From an uncultured Mycobacterium sp. (GTDB lineage Bacteria > Actinomycetota > Actinomycetes > Mycobacteriales > Mycobacteriaceae), in assembly GCA_964527015.1 (NCBI GenBank), contig CAZGPT010000002.1, forward strand, positions 1 through 56,748: a stretch of 56,748 bases of DNA. The letters are read 5' to 3'. How positions within the stretch are numbered: the first letter of the stretch is position 1; each line of letters begins with the position of its first letter. Shown piece by piece: positions 44,778 to 54,209 of this stretch. Position numbers and translations under genes: made by a program. The notes under the pieces are model-generated. The model did not search any database and had not been told where the DNA came from. It was given only the letters and a program-made list of their open reading frames with translations.

Positions 44778-45986
44778 TCACAGCGGGTCACGTGCGGTCG
44801 GGCAGGACATACACCGCGGACCGCCCCGACCGGTGCCCAACTCGGAAGCCTCAATGGGCAGCACCTCGATCCCCGCGTCGGCCAAGCGGGCGTTGGTCTC
44901 GGTGTTGCGGTCGTAGGCCACCACGACGCCGGGCGCAAGCGCGAGCGTGTTGTTGCCGTCGTCCCACTGCTCGCGTTCCGCGGTCACCGGGTCGAGTCCG
45001 GTGTCGATGACCCGCAACCGGTCGATCCCCATCGCGTCGGCCGCGGCCACGACGAAGGGCTTCTCATCGAGGATCCGCACCCCATCGGGAGTGCGTTTGA
45101 TGGCGAATGCTCCAAGCGTGTCCTGGACGGCCGGATACATCACCACCGCGTCGACATCCACCATGGTGCATACGGTGTCCAGGTGCATGGTCGCGCGTTG
45201 CTGGACGATCGGCACAGCCAACACGGTATGCGCCAGATCATCCTCGAAGAGGCTGCGCGCCAACGCCTCGGCGCCGGCGGCCGTGGTGCGCTCCCCCACG
45301 CCGACCGCCACCACACCGGGACCGAGTAGCAGCACATCGCCGCCCTCGACCGGGGCGGAGTGCGATTCGTAGGCCCGTCGCACACCAAGGAAACGGGGGT
45401 GATGTGCATAGACCAGATCGGTCAGTGACGTTTCACGGATCCTGGCCGGCAGGGCCAGCGAGGTGATGGCGAAACGGGGCCCGATCCAGAAGGACGAGTC
45501 CCGGGTGAACAGCAGGTTCGGCAGCGGGTCGATGACGAAATCACCGCCGTCGTGCATGCGCCGCACCAACGAGCTGTCGCCGCGGGCGCCGAACGGCAGT
45601 TCGGTGAACGTCAATCCCGCCATCAGCACATGCGCCAGGTCCTCGGCGCGCAGTCCGCGAAGGTAAGCCGAAAGCTCCTGGGCCAGCGGTTCACCGAGCC
45701 GTCGGATATCGACGGCGGCGGCGATACCTTGCATCCTGGCCGCCCCGCTGACCAGTGCCTCGGCGAGCAGTTCCGCTAGCAGCAGCACTTCGACGCCCCG
45801 GGAGCGCAGCAACGCCGCGAAAGCGTCGTGCTCCTCCTGGGCCCGGGACACCCAGGGCAGACCGTCGAAAAGCAGCGCATCGTTATTGCGCGGAGTGAGC
45901 CGATTCAGCTCATCGCCCGGCCTGTGCAGGATGACCGAACGCAGCGTGCCCACTTCGGAGTCCACCCCGAGTACGGTTCCGGTCAC
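44778..45986 (-). CDS. arcA: Arginine deiminase
   Basis: [31 protein letters not shown] and GRGGPRCMS motifs. Confidence 0.96.
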   Translation of the reverse strand: MTGTVLGVDSEVGTLRSVILHRPGDELNRLTPRNNDALLFDGLPWVSRAQEEHDAFAALLRSRGVEVLLLAELLAEALVSGAARMQGIAAAVDIRRLGEPLAQELSAYLRGLRAEDLAHVLMAGLTFTELPFGARGDSSLVRRMHDGGDFVIDPLPNLLFTRDSSFWIGPRFAITSLALPARIRETSLTDLVYAHHPRFLGVRRAYESHSAPVEGGDVLLLGPGVVAVGVGERTTAAGAEALARSLFEDDLAHTVLAVPIVQQRATMHLDTVCTMVDVDAVVMYPAVQDTLGAFAIKRTPDGVRILDEKPFVVAAADAMGIDRLRVIDTGLDPVTAEREQWDDGNNTLALAPGVVVAYDRNTETNARLADAGIEVLPIEASELGTGRGGPRCMSCPTARDPL

Positions 45987-46026
45987 AGGGAGCACCGTAG
46001 CGCCCAGCGCGGCGAATGCGCAGCGA

Positions 46027-46042
46027 TCGAACGTGTGTGCGA
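46027..46042. promoter_or_regulatory. LexA (SOS) box TCGAACGTGTGTGCGA
   Basis: One mismatch to TCGAAC-N4-GTTCGA, abutting the -10 TAGTGT of the AlkB-like gene. Confidence 0.7.
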
Positions 46043-46054
46043 TAGTGTGGCCGA

Positions 46055-46651
46055 GTGTCCATAACGGTTCAGGGCCGACTATTCGAGCATCGCGAACGAC
46101 GGGACCTCGGCGACGGAGCGTGGATCGAAATCCGGTCCGGCTGGGCGGAGGATCCCGATGCGACCTTTAGTGACCTGCTCGGGGCGGTGGCCTGGCGGTC
46201 TGAACGTCGTCAGATGTACGACCGGGTGCTCACCGTGCCGCGGTTGGTGAGTTTCTGCGACCTGACCAGCGGCCCGGCGCCGCATCCGGCGGTGGCCCGA
46301 CTGCGCCGACGTCTCAACGATGTTTACGCCGGCGAACTAGGTGAGCCGTTCACCTCAGCGGGGTTCTGCCTGTATCGCGATGGCGCCGACAGCGTGGCCT
46401 GGCATGGCGACACCCTCGGACGCGGGAGTACCGAGGACACCATGGTCGCCATCGTCAGTCTGGGTGCCTCCCGCCTCTTCGCCATGCGACCGCGCCGTGG
46501 CGGCACCTCGCTGCGACTTCCGCAGCATCACGGCGACCTGTTGGTCATGGGCGGATCCTGCCAGCGCACCTGGGAGCATGCCGTGCCCAAGACGGCGACG
46601 CCGAGTGGGCCGCGGATCAGCGTCCAGTTCCGCCCACACGGTGTGCGTTGA
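46055..46651 (+). CDS. AlkB-like 2OG-Fe(II) dioxygenase (Rv1000c-like)
   Basis: [30 protein letters not shown] and RISVQFR motifs. Confidence 0.9.
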   Translation: MSITVQGRLFEHRERRDLGDGAWIEIRSGWAEDPDATFSDLLGAVAWRSERRQMYDRVLTVPRLVSFCDLTSGPAPHPAVARLRRRLNDVYAGELGEPFTSAGFCLYRDGADSVAWHGDTLGRGSTEDTMVAIVSLGASRLFAMRPRRGGTSLRLPQHHGDLLVMGGSCQRTWEHAVPKTATPSGPRISVQFRPHGVR

Positions 46652-46678
46652 CGACAACGCGGCCCGTTCATCCTTCCG

Positions 46679-47359
46679 TCAGCGCCGCACGGCATTCACC
46701 CCGGCGATGAGAAGATCGCGGGCCCGCTGCGTGTTGACCGCCACCGTCGGCTTGCCCGGCAGCACAAGCGGGTTCGCGGTGACGATCACCTGGTAATCAC
46801 CGAAATGGGCAGAGTAGTTGAAGATCTCACCGGTGCGGGGTTTGTCCTCGGACACAGCCTGTATCACCCGGCGCACCCCGATCGTCTTCGTCCCGTCGAT
46901 CCTTGGTGCCTCGACCGATTCCACCGTTCCGCGGACCGCACCACCGCTGAAAGCGACCTTGCGGCAGTCCGGACCCGGCTCGGTGACCGGTACCGGCTCG
47001 TTGGTCTGCACGGCGATGACGATGAAACGGTTACCTTCGCCCTCCGCGGCGATCGCCGCCATATTGCCCTCGGTTCCGGTCGGCACCACCTGTCCGGATG
47101 CGAACCGCCCACAGTCGGCGGGTTCGAAGGTCACCCCGTCCGGAAGTCGTTGACCAGTAAGGAGTTTAGGATCGATCCCGGTCGGGGCTACTTCGGTGAC
47201 ATTGAACTGCGGACCGAAACTGGACTTCAGTTCCGCGATCCGGGCAATATCCGCGCTCGGCGCACCGGCGCCGCAGCCGATCAGCGCGCTCGCAGCCGGC
47301 AACGTCATGACAACGGTGCGGATCAACACCGACCACAACTTACCGGACAGGGTGCGCAC
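46679..47359 (-). CDS. DUF5642-like lipoprotein (Rv0999 family)
   Basis: Lipobox LIGC; LP.GV.F.PA.C and AEG.GNRF.VIA motifs. Confidence 0.7.
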   Translation of the reverse strand: MRTLSGKLWSVLIRTVVMTLPAASALIGCGAGAPSADIARIAELKSSFGPQFNVTEVAPTGIDPKLLTGQRLPDGVTFEPADCGRFASGQVVPTGTEGNMAAIAAEGEGNRFIVIAVQTNEPVPVTEPGPDCRKVAFSGGAVRGTVESVEAPRIDGTKTIGVRRVIQAVSEDKPRTGEIFNYSAHFGDYQVIVTANPLVLPGKPTVAVNTQRARDLLIAGVNAVRR

Positions 47360-47365
47360 CGGGAA

Positions 47366-48049
47366 TCAGCCGCGCAGCTCTGTCACGGTGGTGGCGAGCA
47401 GTTCCGATACCCAACCGGATCCGAGTGGCGGGTACGGAGATCCCGGGTCGGTGACCAGCGTGACGCTAACGACGTGGCGGTCGAAATAGGTTACCGCAGT
47501 GTGGATATCGGCGGTGGTCTCGCTGCCGGATTCGACGACGGTTCGGGCCACCGCCCGCCAGGCCAGCGTCTGCGCGCGCTCGATGGACGGGCCATCGGTA
47601 CGGACCACCTCAGCCGTGGTGTGCCCGAAACTCATCGCCCAACGCTCGCATTGGCCGAGCAGCTCGGCCGTCGGCGCGCCGTCGGGCCTGATGGCTGAGA
47701 CGACGAAGACAGTCCCCCCGGGACCCGATGCCGAGAGACCACGAGCGGCACGGTCAGCGGGGGCGGGGTCGGCCAACAGCCCGCACTGCGCCGGGTCGGC
47801 GGCCCAGCCCCCGCCGAACCCCCACAGTGCTGCTGCGCTCAACGGGCCGGCCAGCTCACCTACCTCGTAGTCGTCCGGTAATGCCGCGCGGACCCGGATA
47901 ATATTGGCCTGGTTGACCTTCGGCGGCGATGGGGCCGACCCAGAGGACACAGACAGTGTCGACGGATACGGAGGCTCAGAGGCCGATCCGCAGCCTGCGA
48001 GGGCGGTAAAAGCCGCCAAAGCGGAGCTCAGCACCACCCACCGGTGCAC
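47366..48049 (-). CDS. DUF5642-like lipoprotein, divergent paralog
   Basis: GTG at 48049; lipobox LAGC; LP.DYEV, DPAQC..L and GLSASGPGG motifs. Confidence 0.65.
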   Translation of the reverse strand: MHRWVVLSSALAAFTALAGCGSASEPPYPSTLSVSSGSAPSPPKVNQANIIRVRAALPDDYEVGELAGPLSAAALWGFGGGWAADPAQCGLLADPAPADRAARGLSASGPGGTVFVVSAIRPDGAPTAELLGQCERWAMSFGHTTAEVVRTDGPSIERAQTLAWRAVARTVVESGSETTADIHTAVTYFDRHVVSVTLVTDPGSPYPPLGSGWVSELLATTVTELRG

Positions 48050-48051
48050 GT

Positions 48052-48528
48052 TCAGCGGTTGAGCCGCCAGATATCGCCGGTCATCACCGTCGCGAAGCCG
48101 CACCACAGCGGGTACGGCGCCAGGGCGGCACCGAGCTTGGGATCGACTTCGGCGGTCCGGCGAACCAGGTCGGCGCTGCTCACTGTCAGCGCGGCGGCAG
48201 CCACCACCGCCGGGCCGAGTTTGTTCATCTTGAAGAACACCCAGCTCCATCCGGCATTGAGAACCAGGTTCGTGCCCAGCGCGGCGATGTACCCGCCCGC
48301 CTTGCCATTCTCGCCGTCGACACGGAGCCGCTCGATGGCCGCCGCGGAGGTGGTGGCGAGGTCGACGTAGAGCGCTGTCCAGGCAATCGGAAAAACCGCG
48401 TTCGGCGGCACGTATCCGGGTTTGCGAATTTTGGTGTACCACCCCTGAACACCTTCCCGGCTGGCCACGCTTCCCGCGACGGCCGCCGCCGCGGTGGCCA
48501 GTCCGGTGCCGACGAGTATTTTGCGCAT
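48052..48528 (-). CDS. tspO: TspO/MBR tryptophan-rich sensory protein
   Basis: WY..I.KP...PPN.VF.IAWT.LY, LNAGWS.VFF and PY.LW..FAT motifs. Confidence 0.9.
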   Translation of the reverse strand: MRKILVGTGLATAAAAVAGSVASREGVQGWYTKIRKPGYVPPNAVFPIAWTALYVDLATTSAAAIERLRVDGENGKAGGYIAALGTNLVLNAGWSWVFFKMNKLGPAVVAAAALTVSSADLVRRTAEVDPKLGAALAPYPLWCGFATVMTGDIWRLNR

Positions 48529-48706
48529 CGGCTCACGGTACCGCGTGGGCGGCTCACGGCAGTGGACTCTGCGCTTCGTTTCGTCGGCACGGCTGGAAAG
48601 TCGGACGGCAAAGAACGATGCGCTTTTCGTGCTCGAGCTCAACGCCGACACCCCGGCGGGCCAGGAGCAGGCTGTCCAGCGACGTCGCCCGGGTGATTCG
48701 GCCCGC

Positions 48707-49747
48707 TCAGTTGACCGTCGCGCGCAGGACCTGCCGGGCCATGACACGGATGTCCCGCGCGAGTCTCGGGTCGATGCGCAGCCGGTCCGCGGCCGGAACC
48801 TGGAATTCGGCTGTCACTACCCCGGGTTCATCGCGTTCCCACTGAGCACCGAACCTATCGAGGATGGCCCGCATCGGGTGGTTCTCCGCCAGCAGCCTGG
48901 CGGTGAACCTGTGTACACCGCCGACCCGGGCGGCGATCGCGATAGCATCCATCAGGAAGCTGCCGATCCCGCGGCCCTGATAGTCATCGGCGACGATGAA
49001 GGCGATCTCGGCGGTCGTCGGGTTCTCGACATCCCGGACGAAGCGGACATCGGCGACCACCGGCCCGTCGGTTCCGTCAACCAGAACCCAGACGAAATGG
49101 TCCACATAATCGACCTGGAACAAGTAGTTCATCAACGCCGGGCTCGGTGCTCGGGTGGACATGAAACGTCGATAGAGGGTGTCGCTGGAGAACTCCACCG
49201 AGGGGTGGGTCGATCGTTCGCTGTCCCCGGGGAGAACCGGCCGCAACATCAGGTCTGCGCCACCGGCGAAACCGATCGCGATGGGACTGATGAAAGCTGC
49301 CAGACGCTGCCGAACCGTGCGAACCAGCCGGTCGCTGACCCCTGGCAGATCGGCCATCACGCCGAAGGCCTTCACGTCGCCGAGGTAGCCGGACAGCGGT
49401 TCGGTCGCGATCACGGTGGCGGTCCGCGGCTTGTCGCGCAACAGCGCCATCTCGCCCACGATTACTCCCGGGCCGAGCGAATCGAGAAAGATCTCACCAT
49501 CATCGCCGAGATGGTTCACTTCGCCGGCCCCGGAGTAGATCAGGATGAAGAACACCGCCGGTTCGCCCTGGCGCATCAGCACCTGCCCCGGTTCGGCCCG
49601 CACCGGTCGCAATCGCTCGGCCAGCACCGCCAGCTGGTCGGCGGAGCAGCCCTCGAAAAGCTCCATCTCGGCAAGGCCATCGGCGCGCAACATGACCTGT
49701 CCGGGGCTGTTCTCCAGCGCCGACACCAAGTCGGTCTCGTCAGTCAT
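48707..49747 (-). CDS. pat: cAMP-regulated protein lysine acetyltransferase (CNB + GNAT; Rv0998-like)
   Basis: CNB motif GEMALL...PRTAT fused to GNAT EIAF.V.DDYQGRGIG. Confidence 0.9.
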   Translation of the reverse strand: MTDETDLVSALENSPGQVMLRADGLAEMELFEGCSADQLAVLAERLRPVRAEPGQVLMRQGEPAVFFILIYSGAGEVNHLGDDGEIFLDSLGPGVIVGEMALLRDKPRTATVIATEPLSGYLGDVKAFGVMADLPGVSDRLVRTVRQRLAAFISPIAIGFAGGADLMLRPVLPGDSERSTHPSVEFSSDTLYRRFMSTRAPSPALMNYLFQVDYVDHFVWVLVDGTDGPVVADVRFVRDVENPTTAEIAFIVADDYQGRGIGSFLMDAIAIAARVGGVHRFTARLLAENHPMRAILDRFGAQWERDEPGVVTAEFQVPAADRLRIDPRLARDIRVMARQVLRATVN

Positions 49748-49766
49748 TCCCTGATACGGCTTATGC

Positions 49767-50786
49767 CTAGCTGGCCAGCAAGTTCACGACGCCTCGGAAG
49801 GCGGCCGGCGCAGCAGCGGCAGCCGGGACGATCAGGGACCGCACCGGGGCCAGTCCGCTGGCAGTGAGCAAGCCGGCGGTCAATAGCCGGTAGCGGCGGG
49901 ACATCTGCCGCCAGCGCCGGTCGTAGTCCCGCGGGTCGTCGGCCAACACGCTGTCCACCGCAAGCTCGGCACCGCCGAACGCGATACCCAGCCCCTCACC
50001 GGTGAGGGCGTCGACGTATCCGGCCGCGTCGCCGACCAGCATCACCCGTCCCAATGCGCGGCCGCGCACCCGCTGGCGCAGCGGCCCGGCCGCTCGGTCC
50101 GACGAGTCGTGCGGCGCCTCGGCCAGCCGTGCCGCCAACTCCGGATACCCAACCAGCTGATCGTTGAACCTACCCTGAGTGGACGTGAGGATGGCCACGC
50201 CGACGGAATCATCGGCTACCGGGGTGACATAGGCCTCGGTATCCCGCCCCCAATACACCTCCACGGTGTCGCTCCACGGTGCGATGGCGAAATGCCGCCG
50301 GATTCCCCAGCGGCGGCGGCCCCGGGCCGGCCGGTCAAGCCCGAGCGACCGGCGGATCGGTGAGTGCAGACCGTCCGCGGCGGCCAGATAGCGGCCCTGG
50401 AAGTCTCCGCAACGAACCGAGTCGGGGTTCTGGCTGACCGAGCCGATATCGCAGCGAACGATCCGTGCACCGGCGTCGGCGGCGGCGTCGTGCAGCGCCT
50501 CCGAGAGCACGGTGCGCCGCACCCCCATCCCCTTGCCCGACCGGAAGTCGGCTTCGACCCGGTGGCTTCCGTCGAGGTAGGTGATACCCCGAAAGGGCCT
50601 GCCGGACAAAGCAACACCGAGTTTCTCTAACTGGCTGACGGTGTGCGGCATAAGCCCTTCGCCGCAGGCCTTGTCTATCGGGCCGCCACGACGGTCGATG
50701 ACCACGGTGTCCAGTCCGGCGCGGGCCGCGAAGGTTGCGGTGGCGAGTCCGGCCGGGCCGGCCCCGGCGACGATGAGATCGATCAC
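49767..50786 (-). CDS. FAD-dependent oxidoreductase/hydroxylase (SrsC-like)
   Basis: GAGPAG, KACGEGL, ADG..S and VGDAAGYVDALTGEG motifs; GTGA coupling to the upstream gene. Confidence 0.85.
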   Translation of the reverse strand: MIDLIVAGAGPAGLATATFAARAGLDTVVIDRRGGPIDKACGEGLMPHTVSQLEKLGVALSGRPFRGITYLDGSHRVEADFRSGKGMGVRRTVLSEALHDAAADAGARIVRCDIGSVSQNPDSVRCGDFQGRYLAAADGLHSPIRRSLGLDRPARGRRRWGIRRHFAIAPWSDTVEVYWGRDTEAYVTPVADDSVGVAILTSTQGRFNDQLVGYPELAARLAEAPHDSSDRAAGPLRQRVRGRALGRVMLVGDAAGYVDALTGEGLGIAFGGAELAVDSVLADDPRDYDRRWRQMSRRYRLLTAGLLTASGLAPVRSLIVPAAAAAPAAFRGVVNLLAS

Positions 50787-51298
50787 GACAGTTTCTCCAA
50801 AGCGGTGTTCTCGGTGCGGATCCGGACAGTCAGCAAGGCGGCGTTGAGCGCCGTGAACACCACCGCGGTGATCCAGGCCGAATGCACCAGCGGTAACGCG
50901 ATTCCCTCGGCCACCACGGCGACATAGTTCGGGTGACTGAACACTCGGTAGGGTCCGCCACTGATGCGTGGTGCACCGGGGATGACGATGACCCGGGTGT
51001 TCCAGCGATACCCCAGCGAGGCGATACACCACCACCGAAGTGCCTGTGCCGCAACAAGAACGGCGACCATAGGCCAGCCCAGCCACGGCAGGAAGGGACG
51101 GTCCAGCACGGCCACCTCGACCAGGCACCCCAGCAGCAGGCCGACGTGCAGAACGACCATCACCGGGTAGTGGCCGAAACCCACCTCGATACCGCCCTGG
51201 GCGCGGCTCCACGCCAGGTTGCGCCGGGCGACCACCAGTTCGACCAACCGCTCGCCGGCGACGGCCCCAACCAGCAACGTGTACCAGGTCAGGGCCAT
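50783..51298 (-). CDS. Isoprenylcysteine carboxyl methyltransferase family protein (SrsB-like phenolic lipid O-methyltransferase)
   Basis: ERLVEL, G.GHYP.MV.LH, GPYR...HPNY and RIR.E motifs; coupled to the type III PKS. Confidence 0.85.
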   Translation of the reverse strand: MALTWYTLLVGAVAGERLVELVVARRNLAWSRAQGGIEVGFGHYPVMVVLHVGLLLGCLVEVAVLDRPFLPWLGWPMVAVLVAAQALRWWCIASLGYRWNTRVIVIPGAPRISGGPYRVFSHPNYVAVVAEGIALPLVHSAWITAVVFTALNAALLTVRIRTENTALEKLS

Positions 51299-52386
51299 TG
51301 CAAGAGCACCAGTTCCGAACAGAAGCCGGGTCCCATCGCCATCATCACTCCGGGTCCGGCAGTGGGACCTTTGGCGATGGTGTCGCGCAGCACATGCAGT
51401 ACCGACGATGAGGAAAGGTTGCCGACGTCGGCCAGCGAACGCCAGGTGAGTTCGAGCGCATCGTCGGGCAGGTCGAGGCTCGCGACGATCGCCTCGATGA
51501 CCTTCGGTCCGCCCGGGTGACTCACCCAGGTGCCGACATCGTCGATGACGAGGTCGTGTGCGCCGAGGAATCCGGAGACGTCGTCGCGCAGATACTTGCC
51601 GACTACCTCGGGCACATCAGCCGACAGGACCAGTTCGAACCCACTGGACCCGATGTCCCAACCCATGGTGCGCAGCGTGTCCGGGTAGAGGTGGCTACGA
51701 GAGTCGATGACGGCGGGCCCGCGGGCGTCGATCTCACGCGCCCGCCGTTCACCGACCGCGACGACTGCCGCGGTGCCGTCGCCGAACAGCGCCGTGCCGA
51801 CCAGGCTCGCGATATTCGGCCCGACCGCGGTGAACGTCATCGAGCACAACTCCACCGACAGCAGCACAGCCACGCCGTCGGGTGCGCCACGGAGGTAGTC
51901 GTGCACCCTGGCGACTCCGGCCGCACCGGCAACGCAGCCGAGGCCGAACATCGGAACTCGGCGGACATCGGGCCGCATCCCCAGCCTGGTGGCCACCCTT
52001 GCCTCGACCGACGGCACCATCATGCCGGTCACCGTCGTCGACATGATGAGGTCGACATCACTGGCCTGCAGCCCGGCTTCGTCCAAGGCGGCCGAGACCG
52101 CGGCACAACCGAGGTCCACGGCGTTGTCGATGTAGTGATCGTTGGCCGTGCCGAAATCCCGCAAACCGGCGTAGGCGTCCAGTGGCAACACCAAGTGTCG
52201 GTGGCCGACTTTCGCGGACCGGTACAGGCCGCGCACAAGTTCCTCGTGCTCGGCGAAGCCCGGCATCGCGAGGAACGCCTCGGCGATCTCCTCCTGGCTG
52301 TAACGGTTCGCCGGCAGCGCCCCTTGGACGCCGGCGATCACGCTGACGGGCCAGTCAGTGGTGTCTCCCGGGTTTCTCGTCACCAC
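51289..52386 (-). CDS. Type III polyketide synthase (chalcone synthase-like, Pks10/SrsA type)
   Basis: Catalytic triad GLGCVAG, HPGG and GNLSS; ELCS, LFGDG and MGPGF motifs. Confidence 0.93.
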   Translation of the reverse strand: MVTRNPGDTTDWPVSVIAGVQGALPANRYSQEEIAEAFLAMPGFAEHEELVRGLYRSAKVGHRHLVLPLDAYAGLRDFGTANDHYIDNAVDLGCAAVSAALDEAGLQASDVDLIMSTTVTGMMVPSVEARVATRLGMRPDVRRVPMFGLGCVAGAAGVARVHDYLRGAPDGVAVLLSVELCSMTFTAVGPNIASLVGTALFGDGTAAVVAVGERRAREIDARGPAVIDSRSHLYPDTLRTMGWDIGSSGFELVLSADVPEVVGKYLRDDVSGFLGAHDLVIDDVGTWVSHPGGPKVIEAIVASLDLPDDALELTWRSLADVGNLSSSSVLHVLRDTIAKGPTAGPGVMMAMGPGFCSELVLLQWP

Positions 52387-52477
52387 TCAAGTATGCCTGC
52401 TTTCACCGGGCCGGCTAGCGCTGATTGCTGACGATTGGCCGATGACGCTTCGCCGACCGGACCAGGTGTGAGTGTCG

Positions 52478-53245
52478 TCACCGAATCCGTGGACGTGGCC
52501 AGGGCAACCAGTAAGGCACCGTGCGCGCATAGTCGTCGAACGTCGTCCCGTAGATCTTCCGATACCGGGCTTCTTTGAATCGCGGCGCAAAGACACAGTA
52601 AGCCGTGAAGGTCAACGCGACGACCAGTTGATCGGGAGTCCAGGTCGGGACGGTCCAGAGGGTCAACGCGAACGCGACGTAGATGGGCTGGCGGGTGAGC
52701 CGGAACAAGCCGGTAGCGGGCATCGGCGGGTAGACCGGCTTGCGACCGCGAAATAGCGCCACCCAGCCCAGGCTGCCGGTCTGCAATGACAGGCCGGCAT
52801 CGGCCATGGACTTGCCGAGTAAAACCCAGGACACCGCATAGAGCGCGACCATCACCTGCAGTGCGGTCCCGCTCGCCTGCCACCAGATCGTTCCGGTCGG
52901 CGTCCAGAAAGCGAAGAGCGCGAAGACCTGCAGCGCGGCGATGGTGGCGTATGTCGTTGCGGACAGCGTGACTCCGGTACCTGACGGCGCGAGCCGAGCC
53001 AACAGCGCTCTGCCCCTGCCGGTCAGCAGCAGGGAGTGCACGACGGGGAACTGAACGAGCAAGGCGATGTTGGCGACCCAGGTCCACGGCGCGGGCACTG
53101 CACCCAGAGACCTGCTCATCCCGAAGAACATCGCGAGCATCATGGTCAGCACACCGAGCAGGAAGGACACATGACAGACCAGGCCGAAGCACACGGCCAG
53201 TAGCCTGCGGCGGCCACCTGAGCCGCTGTTCTGAACCGACACCAT
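52478..53245 (-). CDS. Membrane methyltransferase of the ICMT/nurim/MddA-like superfamily
   Basis: Multiple TMs; HSLL, TYAT, GLFRLTRQPIY.AF...W..P.WT and KEARY motifs. Confidence 0.65.
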   Translation of the reverse strand: MVSVQNSGSGGRRRLLAVCFGLVCHVSFLLGVLTMMLAMFFGMSRSLGAVPAPWTWVANIALLVQFPVVHSLLLTGRGRALLARLAPSGTGVTLSATTYATIAALQVFALFAFWTPTGTIWWQASGTALQVMVALYAVSWVLLGKSMADAGLSLQTGSLGWVALFRGRKPVYPPMPATGLFRLTRQPIYVAFALTLWTVPTWTPDQLVVALTFTAYCVFAPRFKEARYRKIYGTTFDDYARTVPYWLPWPRPRIR

Positions 53246-53259
53246 CACCTCACCGAACC

Positions 53260-53318
53260 TTCGCGCCGTGGCGCCGTTTCCCAGCCGTCTTTCGCGCCGT
53301 GGCGCCGTTTCCCGGCCG
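53260..53318 (+). repeat. 28-bp direct repeat (period 31) in a divergent promoter region
   Basis: TTCGCGCCGTGGCGCCGTTTCCC(A/G)GCCG at 53260-53287 and 53291-53318. Confidence 0.9.
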
Positions 53319-53363
53319 CAGTGCCACGGGTACCGCCGCTCCGGTCTCCCGTAGCGTAGCCGC

Positions 53364-54116
53364 ATGGGATTACGCAAACGCCTGCCGATGCTGCGCTGGT
53401 CGGTGGTGCGCACCGGGTTCGGGATCCGGAAGTTCAACACTACGGGCCAATTAGGGGACGGGCGCGAAGCAGCGGCTGCCGACTACGTGGTGGCCAACGC
53501 CCGACGAGGCAGTGTCGATGACGCCCTGGCTGCGATCGACACCTACGCCTACGACAAATCCTTCCTGGTCAACATCGGTGACGAGAAGGGGAAACTGCTG
53601 GATGCGGCGGTCCGGCGCTGCAATCCGAAGCTGGCGTTGGAGTTGGGCACCTACTGCGGCTACGGCGCCTTGCGGATCGCCCGGTCAGCTCCATCGGCCA
53701 AGGTGTTCTCCGTGGAGCTGTCGGCCGCCAACGCCGCTGTGGCGCAGCGCATCTGGACTCATGCCGGGGTGGCGGACCAGATCACCTGCGTGGTCGGGAC
53801 CATCGGCGATGGCGGACGCACCCTGAACGCCCTGCACCATGAGCACGGCTTCGCCACCGGCCTACTCGACTTCTTGTTCATCGACCACGACAAGAACGCT
53901 TACCTTGCCGATCTGCGGTCCATCCTCGACCGTGGCTGGCTGCGCCCCGGTGCCATCGTGGTGGCGGACAACGTCGGTTTCCCCGGCTCGCCGAAATACC
54001 GCGCCTATATGCGCGACGAGCAGGGCCGGCATTGGAACACCGTCGAGCACCGAACCCACGTCGAATATCAGTCCCTAGTCCCAGACCTGGTTCTCGAATC
54101 AGACTACCTGGGCTAG
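53364..54116 (+). CDS. Catechol O-methyltransferase family protein
   Basis: NIGDEKG, LELGTYCGY, FIDHDK..Y and VADNV motifs. Confidence 0.9.
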   Translation: MGLRKRLPMLRWSVVRTGFGIRKFNTTGQLGDGREAAAADYVVANARRGSVDDALAAIDTYAYDKSFLVNIGDEKGKLLDAAVRRCNPKLALELGTYCGYGALRIARSAPSAKVFSVELSAANAAVAQRIWTHAGVADQITCVVGTIGDGGRTLNALHHEHGFATGLLDFLFIDHDKNAYLADLRSILDRGWLRPGAIVVADNVGFPGSPKYRAYMRDEQGRHWNTVEHRTHVEYQSLVPDLVLESDYLG

Positions 54117-54165
54117 ACATCACTGGGGCGCAACGTTTTTCGCCTCGACGGGAGCGTATGTCGAG

Positions 54166-54209
54166 CCACCTTCTGTGTCCGCAGACTACCTTCTGCGTCC
54201 GGAGACTAC
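54166..54209 (+). repeat. 20-bp tandem repeat x2.2 ending on the MmpL stop codon
   Basis: CCACCTTCTGTGTCCGCAGA / CTACCTTCTGCGTCCGGAGA / CTAC. Confidence 0.8.
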
